Positions 1 to 13,711 are shown, counted from the stretch's first letter. The stretch: 64,000 bases of DNA from Chiloscyllium plagiosum (GCF_004010195.1 NC_057753.1:7560130-7624129); one strand, 5' to 3'. Program-made: numbers and translations. The notes: generated by a model not told the origin, from the sequence alone.

Positions 1-149
1 ATTCACATTTAAGGTTCAGAGTTACATGACCCAAAAAGTTATAATTTGGGAATAGAGAATGAGTCAGATTATTGCACAGAGCAAGGAGAGAATATATATC
101 AGGGTGGAGGGCTAGTGACTTATTTTGAGAAAAAATAAATATGCAATTT

Positions 150-2005
150 GTCAGTAACAGAGCACGTGCGGAAATAGGAAATATTCAAAAAAATTTAAAA
201 TTTAATTTTCTGGTGGTTAAATGTGTTCTTGTGCCAAAATAAAATGGTACACAAAGATTATGCATGGACTATCACAACGTCAATGCAAATGCAAAGTTTG
301 ATTCATGTCCGATTCCACGTTTAGAAGACTGTATTGATAAGGATGGATACTCAACCTTTATTTCTAAGTTGGACTTACTCAGAGGATACTGACAAATACT
401 GTTATCCGAAAGAGCGAAAACAATTTCAGCTTTGTGACACCAAATGCACTAGACCAATTTAAATTCATGCCATTTGGTATACAAATGCTCCAGGAAATTT
501 AAAATACTAACCGATTAAGTCAGTTCTGGTTCATTCAATTGTGTACTGTGCACTGATGGCCGAATGATTTTTAATCACACACGGAAGGAACACTTGCAGC
601 GTCCATTCGAATTGTTCAATTGACTTCAGGAGACCAGCTTTGCGATCAAATTACTGAACACAGAATTCAGAAAAGCTCCAGTTGTATCACTGTGCCATGT
701 TATTGGAAATGGACGCTTAACCCCATTCGATGTGAAAAAAGGTTACTCTGGAGTTTTCCATACTGTCGACTGAGAAGACAGTAGTATGATTACTGGGTTT
801 ACGGGAAGCTTTGTCCTTTAATGAGCAGTTTCGTCGATCCACTAACTGACTTACTGAAGTAGTACAGATTTCAGTACATGGCAAACTGTCAGAATGCATT
901 GGATAGCCTGAAATCTGTGTCAAAAATTGTACAATATTAGCTACATCTAATTTACGCAAAGCCATTGAGGGTGGCTATCGACTGGAGTGACGTGGCTGTT
1001 AATGCTTTGCTCTAACAACAAAGGGGCGAGAAGATATTAAACCAATTGGATATTTTTTCTAAAAAAATAAATAGCTTGAAAAGAAATATTCCATGATAGA
1101 GAAGGATCGCTAACTTAGTATTGGCATTGCAGCTTTTCACAACCTAAACTGTCAGTGATGCATTCGAGACAATTGCATATTGTCAGCAAGCTAATTCTTT
1201 TCTAAAAGCAATTCCTTTTCTCAAGGATACTACGTCTTTGTTTTTTTTTCAGTGAGTAATAAACATTTTTTGATGCTGATTAGACTGTTATTTTACAGAG
1301 ATTAAAGGTTACTGAGATTATTTTGTGTTTATATGAAAACAGATGAGACGTCAGGGCAAAGTGGACAAGTTTTAGAAATGACCTGTATAACCAAAAGGGA
1401 GAGGTCAGCTCTCCAGTTGAGCAGTTTAGTTCAGTGCAGCAATAGTTGGAGTTCAATAATGAGATATGTGGAAACTCCCTCTCTCTGTCTCTCTCTCTTT
1501 CCCTCTCTCTCTCTCTCTCTCTCTCTTTCTGCCCTTCTAACGTCAATGAGTAGGCATGTGTTCCATTTCTACCAGTGTTTAAGGAGGTTTGTTTATTGGA
1601 ACTGTTGTATGCATTCAGAGCAGCGTAATTAAGCCTAGTTTGATATGACTGAGTTCTGTAGGGGTTCATTAATTTGTTCTTTGTGTTTCGATGTGCAATT
1701 TTGTTGGTTTTAAAACCTGGTAATTAACCTCGCTAAATTAATCCTAGTAATTTTCACTGCACACTTACAGATAAAAATTGCAAAGTTGTGATCTGGGCTG
1801 CCTGACCATAAGAATGCTGTGAATGTTATGGCCCAGTTCATAACAATATAGTATTGGTAACACATTCAAATCATTCTAGACGTTATAAGACAAAAAATAG
1901 ACTGTTTTAACTGGAGTTTCCTATTTAAGCCATGCAAGTTTAAATTTACATAAATGGCAGGACGAGAAAATTTAATTGCTGGGACGTTTCCAAGACTTTG
2001 CTGAA
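150..2005 (+). mobile_element. Decayed Gypsy-type LTR retrotransposon RT-RNase H remnant, split by a solo LTR
   Basis: Manual translation gives VLVPK*NGTQRLCMDY (~225-270), FKFMPFG (~458-478), an RNase H start like PLRVAID (~960), and the RNase H end (AGRENLIA) resuming after 1850. Many stops and frameshifts. Confidence 0.85.
1181..1845. mobile_element. Solo LTR inserted in the RNase H region
   Basis: Starts TGTCA at 1181, ends TAACA at 1845, and is flanked by ATAT at 1177-1180 and 1846-1849. RNase H coding sequence lies on both sides. Contains a (CT)n tract at ~1478-1530. Confidence 0.75.
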
Positions 2006-2221
2006 GAAAGACGGAGGTGTTGGGAGGTTGGAGTAAATGGACTTAAATGGATTGTAATAGTGGATGTTATGTATATGTATTGTAGTGTAATAATAGAATA
2101 AGACGAAGGTTTCTGTGATTAAAGCCAGTTTTGATGTTGATGGTTCAACTTTCAAGGGGAGAAAGGAGTGAAGATACTGTCACTTCTCGAAGTTATTATG
2201 AGCGTGTTTTATTATAAGAGA

Positions 2222-2316
2222 ACTGATCTGACGAAGAGGCACTGGATGTGAAACGTTAACTCTGATTTCTCTAAACAGATGCTGCCACAGATGCTGAACC
2301 TTTCCAGCAAGTTCAG

Positions 2317-2320
<4 letters not shown>
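2222..2320 (+). mobile_element. PLE terminal fragment with degenerate hammerhead core
   Basis: CTGACGA...GAAACGTT at 2228-2257, followed by the cagatgctgcc...ttccagca tail seen repeatedly in this window. Confidence 0.6.
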
Positions 2321-2375
<55 letters not shown>

Positions 2376-2385
2376 TATATATATT
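2318..2385. repeat. (TA)n microsatellite
   Basis: Direct reading. Confidence 0.97.
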
Positions 2386-2659
2386 TTTGAATAAAGTTAA
2401 ATTCACTGCTGTACACCGAATAAAGTTACCACTTTGATGTTTCTCCCTTTATCAAGTAGCCCTGTGAGCTGGGTGCTGAAACACTCTGTTATCGCCTATG
2501 CGGACCTTAAGCAGGTATGCTTAATATTACCAACATTTAGATCGAGGGGAAACTCCGTCATCGATTCTAGCTGCAATTTCGTACGATGTATGATATGCTC
2601 TAAAACATAGAAGTGTGTTAGGTTCAATGGACAATCAGGTCCATGCTCGTCAACAATGC

Positions 2660-3770
2660 ACTCTCCCCTCCCGGCAAACTTCCCTGCCACCGCAGGAACT
2701 TCAAATCCTCTGCCTACACCTTCGCCCTCACCTCCATTCTAGGCCCCAAAGGACCCTTCTACGTCCATAAAAGTTTCACCTGCACTTCCACGCATGTCAT
2801 TTACTGTATCCGTTGCTCACGATGTAGACTCCTCTACATTGGGGAGACAGGACACCTACTCGCAGAGCGTTTCAGAGAACATATCTGGGCCACCCGCACC
2901 AACCAATCCCAACGTCCGTCGATGAACAGGGCGGCACAGTGGCACAGTGGTTAGCACTGCTGCCTCACATCGCCAGGGACACGGGTTCAATTCCCGCCTC
3001 AGGCAACTGTCTGTGTGGAGTTTGCACATTCTCCCCGTGTCTGCGTGGGTTTCCTCCGGGTGCTCTGATTTCCACCCACAGTCCAAAAACAAATGTGCAG
3101 GTTAGGTGAATTGGCCATGCTAAATTTCCCGTAATGTTAGGTGAAGGGCAAAATGTAAAGAATTGGGTCTGGGTGGGTTCCTCTTCAGAGGGTCGGTGTG
3201 GACTTGTTGGGCCGAAGGGCCTGTTTCCACACAGTAAGCAATCTAATAAATAAATTAATTTATTCTAATAAACAGTTCAACTCCCCCTCCCAGTCAGCGA
3301 AGTACATGCAGGTCCTAGGCCTCCTCCATCTCTGTTCCCTTACCACAAGACGCCTGTCGGAAGAACTGTCATCTTCCACCTCAGGACCCTCCAAACCAAT
3401 GGCATCCATGTGGAATTCACCAGTTTCCTCATTCCCCTCCTCCCAACTTATTCCAGTTCCAAACTTCCAGCTCAGCACCCCCTCACGAATCTTCCCACCT
3501 ATCAAATTTCCTTCCCACCTATCCACTCCCACCTACCACATTTACTCCCATCTTCATCCGCCTACTGCACTCTCAGCTATCTTCTCCCAGCCCGAGTCCC
3601 CTCCTGTTTATCTCTCCACCCACAATTCTTCACAGCCTTATCCCTGATGATGGGTGTTTGCCAGAAATGTCGATTGTTTCTGCTCCTCGGATGCTACCTG
3701 ACCTGCTGTGCTTTTCCAGAACCATGCTCTCGGCTGTGATTTCCAGCATTTGCAGTCCTCAGTTTCGCTT
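2660..3770 (+). mobile_element. PLE 3' part (GIY-YIG endonuclease plus terminal repeat), interrupted by a SINE
   Basis: ORF 2643-2954 has FTCTSTHVIYCIRCSRCRLLYIGETG...ERFREH (GIY-YIG). Homology resumes at ~3270. The tail has CTGATGA...GAAA at 3644-3667. Confidence 0.88.
2929..3250 (+). mobile_element. tRNA-derived SINE, shark HE1/V-SINE type
   Basis: A-box TGGCACAGTGG, B-box GGTTCAATTCC, central gtgtggagtttgcacattctccc domain, and 3' tail gggccgaagggcctgtttcc resembling the local CR1 3' ends. Confidence 0.9.
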
Positions 3771-4449
3771 AATCAATGAAGCGAAATTAACACTGTGCCC
3801 AACAGACAGATGGCTAAAGCTGGTGGAGCGACTGCACTGGGGAGGGATTTAGCCGCACTGCACAACAGCTAAGGACTGAGGAGAGTCTACTTTGGGGGTC
3901 GGGAGGGGATTGAGTCCAACATTAGGATGCATAGAACTCGCGGAGATTCTACACCGAGGAGGGTTGAGCACCACAGCAGACCTGATAAAGCCAGAGGATA
4001 GTCCGCACTGTGGAGGGATTGAATCCACAGCAGGAGGCAAATGGGCACGAAGAAAGGCATGGTACTATTTCAAACTGAAGGATTATGGAGGTTTTGATTA
4101 AAGGAAAACGGTAAAATAATATGCGGCCCAGAGAGTTGTTGTCAGGAAGAGTACTGGATTGCAATCAGAAGCTGATTGATTTAATGAGCACGAAGGGGAT
4201 TTACTTGAATGCCCTGATCCCAGAGCAGAAAGATTCGTGCAAGCCGGAGGAAAGGATATAAATGAGAATATGTATTTAATTATGACAGTCTTATTCATAA
4301 ATATAAACAATGAGAAATGGGAACAAACGATTGTGACGGCTCACAGACTTAAGAGTTGAAGGACAAAGGGCCGTATGGAAGCTGATGTCAGGAAGGAACC
4401 TCGTGCCCCTTTTATCTATAGGAGAGTGAAGACAGGGACTTTGTCTGGA

Positions 4450-7400
4450 ACAGTAAGAGGAGGATGCAGACGCGTTTGGATAAAGAGACATTGACACATA
4501 GGATGAGACAATGCCTAATTATTCAGAATACAAACTCGGTCATTGGTGCCGTTATGATCCGTTAGAAAGAGATGGAGGGATGGCCTATAACAACAGAATC
4601 GGTAAGTAGATATTAAACTAGAGCCATTTAGTCCAGCCAAAACATAAATGTAAATAAATGAGTTACCCACATTTTAAAAAATCAAACACAGTTCCATACT
4701 GGGGAAAGAGGATGAGCTTTTGGAGGATCATAGTATCACCAATAATTGCATATATCTCCTCACTAACGTAACATGCCCCACAGTGCGTGGCAAACTCTGC
4801 AGTCACTCGTCAACGTTATTCCATCCCAGGTACGTAGACAAGCGTCCATACATTAGATACAGAGGTTTCGGTATGCCTGTGAAAATGGTTTAGCTAAGGG
4901 CACCCCTGTTTGGACTAAGGAGATATTTATAACACAGGGTGGAAGCAGAAACTTGAGGACGATGCAGACAGAAATTATGAAACTTCTAAAAGCTGTTTGG
5001 GCTGAACAATCCCGATAAAGGTGACGTGATATTGCTAAAATTGTGAAAGACTGTGATGGGATTCTTTGAAATAATGGTTGGAAATAGTTAGAACTAGTTC
5101 ATTGCCGAGGCAATGCCAGAAACCAACGCAGCACTGCCTTGACGGCGGCGGTCCAAGGGGGAGAAACAGACCTGGAATTTTACATGTGCAACAGGAAGGA
5201 GCATATCACCAAAGAATGTGGGCAGAGAGACGGGTTCAATGTTTAAATGCAGAAGTCCAGCAGCACAAGGGGGTGATGTGTGGGCAAAAGGAACATTTAA
5301 AGTAACACAGAAAGCAGGGGAACAGGATGCGAAACTCCCAGTCATGCAATCCAGCGATGGTACTCTGCCATTATCGGGGTAACGGCGCCAAAACCGTCAT
5401 TCAGGCCTTCATGGATGACTTGTTCCAATGACAGACTACAGCCCTTGGATTGGATCGTGGGCAGTGGTGAAGGGCCCCAAAATATTCATTGTCGCTCTGT
5501 TAGGTGATGGCAGTGCTCCATGTTAATAGATAAAGAAATATCTATATCAACGAACATGATGGAATTGGCGCGCAGCCCCTGGACCACAGAATTATTTAAA
5601 GATGTGTAATCCCAAGAGCATTTTTTCTTTTAGTTTTACACCTTTCAGTCAGATTCCAACCTTTATCTGTGGATCCAGAGTCACAGAGCAAGCTTGTTTT
5701 TCCTGTTGGCGAAATCATGATAAATGGATAGGGTTACCTCAGGGATTCCATAGAAGTCCAAACATATTTCTGCGACATCTGACTGATGTAGTCAGCCAAA
5801 CTAAGCTTACGAAAAACAAAAGCACTATCTTGCAGTCTGTACACGATATACTGATTTCGCCTCAGTTGATATGAAAATGACACATCAGGGTATTTAACAC
5901 AGTACTGAGATAGGTCAGCCAGGTTTGAGTTAAAATTCACCCAAGAAAACCCAGTTGGAAAATCTGGAAGTTGTATACTTGCATTGTTAAATCAGGAAGG
6001 CAGGTGAATGAAAGGGCGCATTTTTAAGAGTGCCACGCCAAAGTTACCTGAGATATGTAAGGGGAACTTTAGCATCGTTTAATTACTATACTTATAGAAA
6101 AATACTCAGAATTAGCAAAACCATTACAAACCCGAATAAACAGGGGATAAATCGTCCAGACAGAGAATAAAGTGAAGTTGACAGATGGACGACGTTTTAG
6201 CTTCCGCTTCAGCTCTGGAACTATTAGAGTCATGAAAATCTTTTTCATTTCTACTGTGATAATGAAAATAAATGAGATACAACAGTAGTTTGTCAGAAAC
6301 GCAGCGATCAACTGAGAGTGATAGCCGACTGGACCACGCAAAGTTGATCCATAGTCGTCATGTCATTGTGTGCTCAGGCTTTTGAGTAGCAACGTGAGTA
6401 ACTGAGGTGTTAGAACCCATCACCAAGATGGGTCAAGTTATCCGAAAGGGCTCCCTACAACTCCCAAACGCCCTCCCCCGACCCCGTCACATAACCTTAT
6501 GGTTTTACGTAAGGTGGTAAAATTAGAATTAGTATAGGCAAACCACAGGGCTAAATGGGAGTCAAATTGCTATTTCCCTAAGATAAACATAAACAGATAG
6601 TTAAGTATAAAATAGTTGACCCGCTGGATGGATGATGAAGGAAGGAAATGAGCATGTGTGGGGGAGAAATCGAAGATCGAGAAGGTTTTGCGGTGTTGGA
6701 GTTACAGGGCGATGGATCAAGGATATATAAGGAGGGAATACCCCGCACTACATAGACGGTGTTAGATGTAAAGAGAAACTGGATGGCTAGAGACAAAATT
6801 GCTGGGTGATACTCAGCACATGTAACAGATTTAACAGACATGAAAGCAACACTAAAATTAGCCAGTGGTAAGGACTTCCATATATGTACAGATAGTAGGT
6901 ATATTTTGAGGTAGTGCTTGAATCTATGATGAACCTCTCTCGAAGAGGATATGTCACCTCCTCTGAGGTCGATGAACAGCACGAAGAGCAGGCTAGAGAG
7001 TTGATGGAACCAACTAACTTGCACCGTCAAGCCGCAGTCAGTATGATGAGAGTTCACAGGGAATTCGAAATGCCTCAACCTCGGAGATAATGATTACACA
7101 GATAAGGAAGCTAAAATGCTTGCTGAAACGGCACAGCCATTTGATGAAATTCCAGTAATGGTAGTTACTGAAACATAAAGAGGCACCCCAAGAAATAGCC
7201 TCACAACTCGAAAAGCAAGAATGTCGAAAGGGCAGAACAACGAGAGAAAATATATATCATAGTGTCCTTTTAAAGATTTAAAGATTCGGAATTGGTAAGG
7301 AACAAAGTGATGTGGTTTACCCTATACACCAGAAACTGAAATCAAGGAAGTACAAGTGAGATCGAAAAGCAAGTGCTAAATTACCATTCATTGAGTCACT

Positions 7401-7650
7401 ACTACAGCAAACTATATTGTTACTATTCTTGTGCGAAACTTTAATAAGATCACGGGTCAAGTATTGTGTGCATTTTTGATCAATGTGTAGAATGTAGCGT
7501 TCTGTTAGAGAATGACTACAGCCACAGATCACGCAACTATTAGCTTGAAGAGCAGACTTGAGGAAACGTGAGATTAACTTGGTCGAAATACACTTCTGCT
7601 CAGAAGAACAAGCGATGATCTCATTGAAACATAAATTTAGAAAGGCCTAG
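4450..7650 (+). mobile_element. Decayed endogenous retrovirus, gag-pol remnant
   Basis: Two degenerate zinc knuckles at ~5175-5285. RT motifs LPQGFHRSPNIF and ILQSVHDILI (ORF 5602-5874). Tether-like segment at ~6200-6270. RNase H YSAHVTDLTDMKATLKLASGKDFHICTDSRY at ~6810-6903 and DNDYTDKEAK at ~7085-7116. Possible integrase traces at 7330-7500. No LTRs or env recognised. Confidence 0.72.
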
Positions 7651-7689
7651 ACATGCAGTGCACCTTTGATGTTTCACTGGCTTAGGGGA

Positions 7690-7850
7690 TCCAGACAGAA
7701 AGAACAAGAGGAGTCACGGTCTTGGGGTACGGGGTAGGTTATTTCGGGCGGAGAGGCGATAAGTTTCTTATCTTAGATGGTCGTGAGTCCGTTGAATTCT
7801 CGAATAGAGATGACTGTCATTCAATGCATTCAATAAGAGATACGAAAATT
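7690..7850 (+). mobile_element. CR1 LINE 3' fragment
   Basis: Degenerate match to the TRGH...FFTQRVV 3' region of other CR1 copies here. Confidence 0.55.
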
Positions 7851-8149
7851 TCCTGTCATAATAGTATGTACATGTAGTCTGTGGAACTTAAAGATAAAAT
7901 ATAAATTCCCAGACGAACATTGGGCTGCTCTCCCATTAAATGGAGAAAGAGGGAGAGAGAAAATACTGTTGCTGAGTTTAATTGTAGGATCACCCCACCT
8001 CAGATGAGCACTGGCATTGAGAAAGCAGACCGCACAACATTTTCCCAGTTGATGTTTGAAAGTATAAACTCACTTGGCTGGCCACCTAGTTTGCGATTAG
8101 CAAGTATTTCAGAATGGTGTTTACATATGGGTCGTAGTACCATACATAA

Positions 8150-9000
8150 ACTATGTGAAACAGGCCCTTCTTTCCACCATATCTACAATGACCAACAAAC
8201 AGTAAACTACGGGAGGGTTATCTAACTGAACCCAACTATAATAATCCTGTTTACCTGCACTTCTTTTTCTTCCATGTTCGACTATTCCGTCACATATTAA
8301 ATGGTTGTATGGACTTCTCTTAATTGTTTTGAGTACACCTGCCTCCATCACCACTTCAGTCCGCACATATCATATTTCTGCTGGATTTGGTCAGATCTCC
8401 TGTAAGTCATTTACTCTTCACTATAATTTTGCGCTGGATATTCTTATACGCGTAGGCCATGGTGGATAGATTCTCAAAATCTACCCTGTCAATGTCCCTT
8501 ATCATTTGAAATACCTCAATCAAAATTTCTTTTTGCTTCCTCTTCGCAAGGAAAAGAAACCTTGCTGATCCAATTTAATCTCATATCTGAGATTTTAATC
8601 CCAGACAAGCCCAGTAGATCTACCCTGCACTCTCTCCAGTGCACACACGTCCTTCTGATTCTGTAGAGACTAGAACTGTAAACAGAATCTGTAGCCTAAA
8701 CGATTGTTTATGAATTAATAACAAAAATTCCTGGCTAATATGTAATCTATCCCGAATAGTACAGGCCAACAGCCCATAAGCCTTCTTCGTCAACTTGTCG
8801 AACACTGTTGACAATTTCAGGGATCTCCATAAAGTAAAGCAAAGTGCCTTTCTTTTTTGGTACTCACCTGAGACTTACTGTTCAAAGGAATAGACTTCCC
8901 TGATTTGGCTATGCAAAATGCATAAACATTAACTGGTCAGGATTTAACTCCACGGCTCAATGATCTGCTGAATTTTCCAACTATTCACCATCAGTTTGTA
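8150..9000 (-). mobile_element. Old CR1 LINE 3' fragment
   Basis: Minus ORFs give TKKAYGLLAC (8620-8814) and MRTEVVMEAGVLKTIKR (8151-8366), matching the CR1 ORF2 C-terminus. Confidence 0.7.
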
Positions 9001-9089
9001 TTCTGAGACCATTACTTTCAACAAGAAAAACAACCAAATTTCGATTTCAGAAACCCCCCCACTAATTATACATTCCAGTTCGTATCCGA

Positions 9090-9640
9090 TTAATAGAGTC
9101 AGAGAATCAGACAGCACGGAAGCAGACCCTTCAGGACACCCAGTGCATGCCAACCGTAAACACAATTCAACTATTACTACATGCTTACATCTGACACATA
9201 TACATCCAAACGTGGCCTATTCATGCAGCTATCTGTCTTTTTAACGTTACAATTGTACCCGCTTCTATAACTTCCTCTGGAAGGTCATTCCACACACGAC
9301 TCACGCTTTGTGTAAAAAAATGCGTCTCAGCTCTTTTTTATACCTGCCTCCTCTCACATTAGAAATGTTAGCCCGAGACATGAAATGTGCTATCCTAGGA
9401 AAACTCAACTACTGTTAACTCTATATATACACTTTATTATAAAATACAAACTTCCATGAGGTCAACTGTTAATAAAAAAATTCCCTGCCTCTCAAACCTT
9501 CCATACCCGGTAACTTCCCGGTAAATCTCTTCTGAAACCTCTGCAACTTCATAATATTCTTCCCGCAATTATGTGGCCAGGAATGGATACTGTGTTACAG
9601 GAGAGTCCTCACCAGTATCGTGTATAAACTCAAGATAACG
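9090..9640 (-). mobile_element. Old CR1 LINE 3' fragment
   Basis: Tail agagtcagagaatcagacagcacggaagcagaccct, then degenerate antisense ORF2 C-terminus (ctttgtgtaaaaaaa reads FFTQ on the minus strand). Confidence 0.7.
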
Positions 9641-10255
9641 CAGTGACAGCATCAATAAAACACAAAGTAGTTTATGCTACTAGATTAGCTGGTTGCCCAG
9701 AAGGGAAAATATATTAATCAGATTTGTATTGGGCCAATCAGTTGAAATTATACGCCTAAAAGTACTAAATATCAATCAAGTTTGAATTGAGTATATCGAC
9801 AATCTTAAAAGCCAATGACACAATGCGATCGTCTGTGGAATAAACTGGGGAAAAATTGAACAGTTGAAGGAGAGCAGCCAAGTCCCAGCATGTAAACGGA
9901 TTGCCTGAAAATAGCTCTCTTAAAAGGTACCTTTTTAGAACACGAACCTGTGATGCAGACATCTCCAAGAAGAAAATAGAAGAGCAGTAGGCTGCCTGGT
10001 TTTGAGATAAGAAGTTTCTTTTCTAAATTTTAATTGAGAGTTTTACCAGAGTGGTATTACAGAAAGAAATGTGGAAGGATAGTTAGAGTAAGTACTTGTG
10101 AATAGTTCTTAGTTAATTATTCTCGGCTTAACTGTAAGAAATAAAGTTGTTAACTAGTACTTTAAATAGTTCTTGGCCCGTCGAATTTTTATAGATAAAT
10201 CTCTCCTGTGCTGCTGGTTTAAAAAAAACAGAAGTGCTTACCCCGTGTTGTAACA
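9641..10255 (+). repeat. 5' LTR of copy 1
   Basis: Homologous to 17343-17985 and 27192-27887. Ends TAACA, followed by a degenerate PBS at ~10259-10283. Confidence 0.85.
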
Positions 10256-12215
10256 GTTTTAGGGACTCAGCCGGATTCTGAACAGTCGGATTATAATGTA
10301 TTTGGGAGTGTGAAAATCCCGGCAGATATAAAATCTTCCAGGCTAATGTCCTAGATATTTAAATAAAAAGTAGGTGATGCAATTTGTTTAATTTCGGTGA
10401 CTTGTGTTTGATTAAATTAAATGTGAGATAAATGGGTGTTAACATTGCAAAAGAGATTCTGGGATTTGAAGCTGATTCTCAAATTTGCCAAGAACGTTTA
10501 GAAGGAAAGAAAAAGGGCGTACCTTTACAATTAACAAATAAGTTCGATTTGGGTTGAACCAAGGAAAACGGAAAGCTGAAATTGTAAGGGAGCTACTCAA
10601 ATACTTAGGTGTGTCAGAGAAACAGGCAAGTGCAGTAGAGGTTGAAATACTTACGTTACAATTGATGAAAGTGGAGGTAGAAGCTAGAGAGGAAAGAGAG
10701 AGCGGGAGTGAAAGAGAGAGAGAACAGAGGGAGAGAAGAAAGAGAGAGAGAGAGAGAAGAAAGGGAGAGAGAAAGACAGAGAGAAGACCGAGAAAGAGAG
10801 AGAGAGAGAGATGAGGGAAAAGAAAGAAGAGAGGAAGTTCTCAGCTAAGCAAAAAGAGAGAAAATTTGAAATTGAGAAGTTGCGACTTCTTTAGCAAAGC
10901 TAAATTCACAGATTACAAATACGTCAGAACTCTGCCAGATTTTGTAGCAAAAGATGTGGAAGGTTTCGGTATTTCATTTGAAAAATTGACTAGGCAGATG
11001 GTGTGCTCCGAGGATTCATGGATATTGCTAGTTAAGACTAAACTGGTACGCACAGATAATGAGGTATTTGCCACAGATGAGCTCTGAAGTGATTATGAAA
11101 TGGTCGAACAGGCTATCCTAATTGATTATGAATTGGAATCGGAAGAATATAGACAGCGGTTCAGAAACACAAAAAAGGAACCATGTCAGACATTTTGAGT
11201 TCAAAAGAATTAAAGAAAGTCATTTGATCGATGGGTGCGTCCTTTGAAAAGTGAACAGTTGACGGTCTAAGAGAGATTATCCTGCTAGAGAAGGATGCAC
11301 TTTCAAAGATGATAGGAATTCACATGGAGGAGCAGAAAGTTCAGGAAGTGAGAAGGGCAATAGACTTAGCAGATGAGTGTGCACTGGTACATAAGACAAG
11401 CTTCTGCCAGAACGTCGTCCTATGAGGGACAGAAATTGGGAAAGGGTAGATCCTACACTAAGAAATCAAGAGTAGAGATTACTGTAAGAGTTTACCAGAG
11501 GATGAAAAAGAAGCGCAAGAGGGTGGGAAGGAGGTGAAAAGCCTCAGGTGTTTTCACTGTAGTAAAGTGGAACACGTAAATTCACAGCGCTGGCCGTTAA
11601 AGAATAACGCTGGGAGAAAAGATGTGATAAAAGAAGCTAAGCCAGTGGTATTAATGATGGTAGTAAAGGAGACCTCAAGAACAGCCGATGGACTGCAGCA
11701 GAGTGTACAGCATAGACAGGGTTTGGGTGTGGAAATAGTACCTGATCTCTAAACAGAATTCGCCTCTGTGGAGAAAATGTAACAGAAAGAACAAGTGAAG
11801 AGGACAGAAGTTTTACTTTTGAGAGATACATGATCTTACCAGTCGCCGATAGTGAGGGATGAGTAAATATGCACCCTATTTAATCTGTTACCCGTGAGTG
11901 TGTTAATTTGTGGGTTAGATGGACAGAACCTTAGCGTACTCCTATGTAAGATCAGGTTGGAGTGCCAACATAAGACTAGGTAAGTTCAGTGGGAATGATT
12001 CGCAGAGTGTCACTTCCAGGAATTCAGTTTGCTCTTGGGAATGATTTGGCAGGATCCAAGGTGGGAGTGGCACCCCTTGTTGAGGAGAAGCCCAAGGAAG
12101 ATCAAGAAACTGGGGAGTTAAAACAGATATATTCTGGCATTTTCCCAGACTGTGTGATAACCAGATCCCACTTTCATAAGTCACACCACGAAGCAAAAGA
12201 TGAAGGTGTTCTTTT

Positions 12216-12455
12216 AGATTACATTACATTACAGTGTGGAAACATGCCCTTCTCTCCAACAAGTCCACACCGACCCGCCGAAGCGCAACCCATCCATACC
12301 CCTACATTTACCCCTTACCTAACACTACGGGCAATTTGACATGGCCAATTCACCTGACCTGCACATCTTTGAACTGCGGAAGGAAACCGGAGCACCCGGA
12401 GGAAACCCACGCAGACACGGGGAGGACGTGCAAACTCCACACAGTCAGTCGCCTG
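12216..12455 (-). mobile_element. HE1-type SINE, 5'-truncated
   Basis: Reverse complement of the body and tail of the SINE at 2929-3250; absent from copy 2 at the equivalent site (~32445). Confidence 0.9.
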
Positions 12456-13575
12456 TTCTGTTTCAGTTGGCGGATACCCTTCTTGACGTAATCGTGCAGG
12501 AAAAAACACGAACAAGCAAAGCGTCAGACGGAAGTTTTTGGCCCTGAAAAACTAAGATGGTTGCAACAGCAAGACAAGCCGATGAAAGATATATATGTGG
12601 ATGGGCACTCTGAAAAAGAAGCAGATATTCTGGAAGGTTACCATCTGAAATATACAACCCTTAGATGGAAATGAAGACCACGCCGGGTTAGCACAAAGGA
12701 GAAATGGGTCGAAGTGCACCAGATTACGTTGCCGGCAGCATACAGGCAGGATGTATTACAAGTAGCACATGAACGACCTAGAGGAGGTCACCTCGGGGTA
12801 TGAAAGACACAGGCAAAGGTACCAAAACATTTGCATTGGCCTGGAATGAACAAGGATGCGGTTAACTTTTGCCAAACGTGTCAGACATGCCACATGGTAG
12901 GTAAGCCACAGGCGATAATAAAACCTTCGCATTTGTTGCCATTTCCCACATTTGAAGAACCTTTCACGCAGGTCATAATTGATTGTGTCAGTCGCCTTCT
13001 GAGAACTAAACGTGTATACCAGTACTTGTTAAACATAATGGATGTGTCTACCAGATTTCCAGAGACAATTCCATTTCGGAGGATCAAGGCATAAAACGTG
13101 ATATAGGAGTTACTCACCTTCCTCACATGGAATGGGCTACCCAGAGAGAATCAGTCGGACCACGGGTTAATTTTCACTGATTGGCTGTTGAAGGAGGCTA
13201 TGGACAGCTTAAGTATACAACACGTTAAATCCAGTGAGTTTTATCCTGAATCGCACGGAGCTTTAGAAAATTGGCATGAGACCATAAAGACCATGTTTTG
13301 AGTGTACCATCAAGATGACCCGAATGACTGAAATAAAGGTATCCCATTACTATTGTTTCCCAACAGAGATGCCACAAACGAATCTAATCAATTTACTGAC
13401 TTCGAGTTGCTATTCGGTCACGAAGTGAGAGGCCCTTTGAAACTAATTAAAGAAGTATCGACAGCACCAAAATCGGTGATCTTACACTTAGATTATATAA
13501 CGGAGCTGAGGGAGAGATTAAACCGAGTAGGTGAGTTAGCTAAATAACACCTAAAGATGGCACAGTTTAGAATGA

Positions 13576-13711
13576 GATTTGAAAAAGGGTCAGTTAGACT
13601 CGAAACGTCAGCTCTTTTCTCTCCTTACGGATGCTGCCAGACCATGCTGATATTTTCCAGCATTTTCTCTTTTGGTTTCAGATTCTAGCATCCGCAGAAA
13701 TTTACTTCTAT
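13576..13711 (+). mobile_element. Short PLE-tail insertion with 14-bp TSD
   Basis: ACAGTTTAGAATGA (13562-13575) and ACAGTATAGAATGA (13712-13725) flank it. Degenerate core TTGAAAA...GAAACGTC. Confidence 0.85.

Noticed and set aside
1280..1669. ORFs with ERERER or SLSLSL runs
   Set aside because: Translation of a (CT)n microsatellite inside an LTR.
2929..3010. tRNA gene (also at 25240-25305, 53224 and 53467)
   Set aside because: The A/B boxes belong to SINE heads; there is no cloverleaf, and SINE body follows.
10900..11400. Domesticated SCAN-zinc-finger gene linking the gag to the zinc fingers at 59 kb
   Set aside because: The gag sits inside a decayed full element with stops, the fingers are far away and also broken, and there is no splice evidence.
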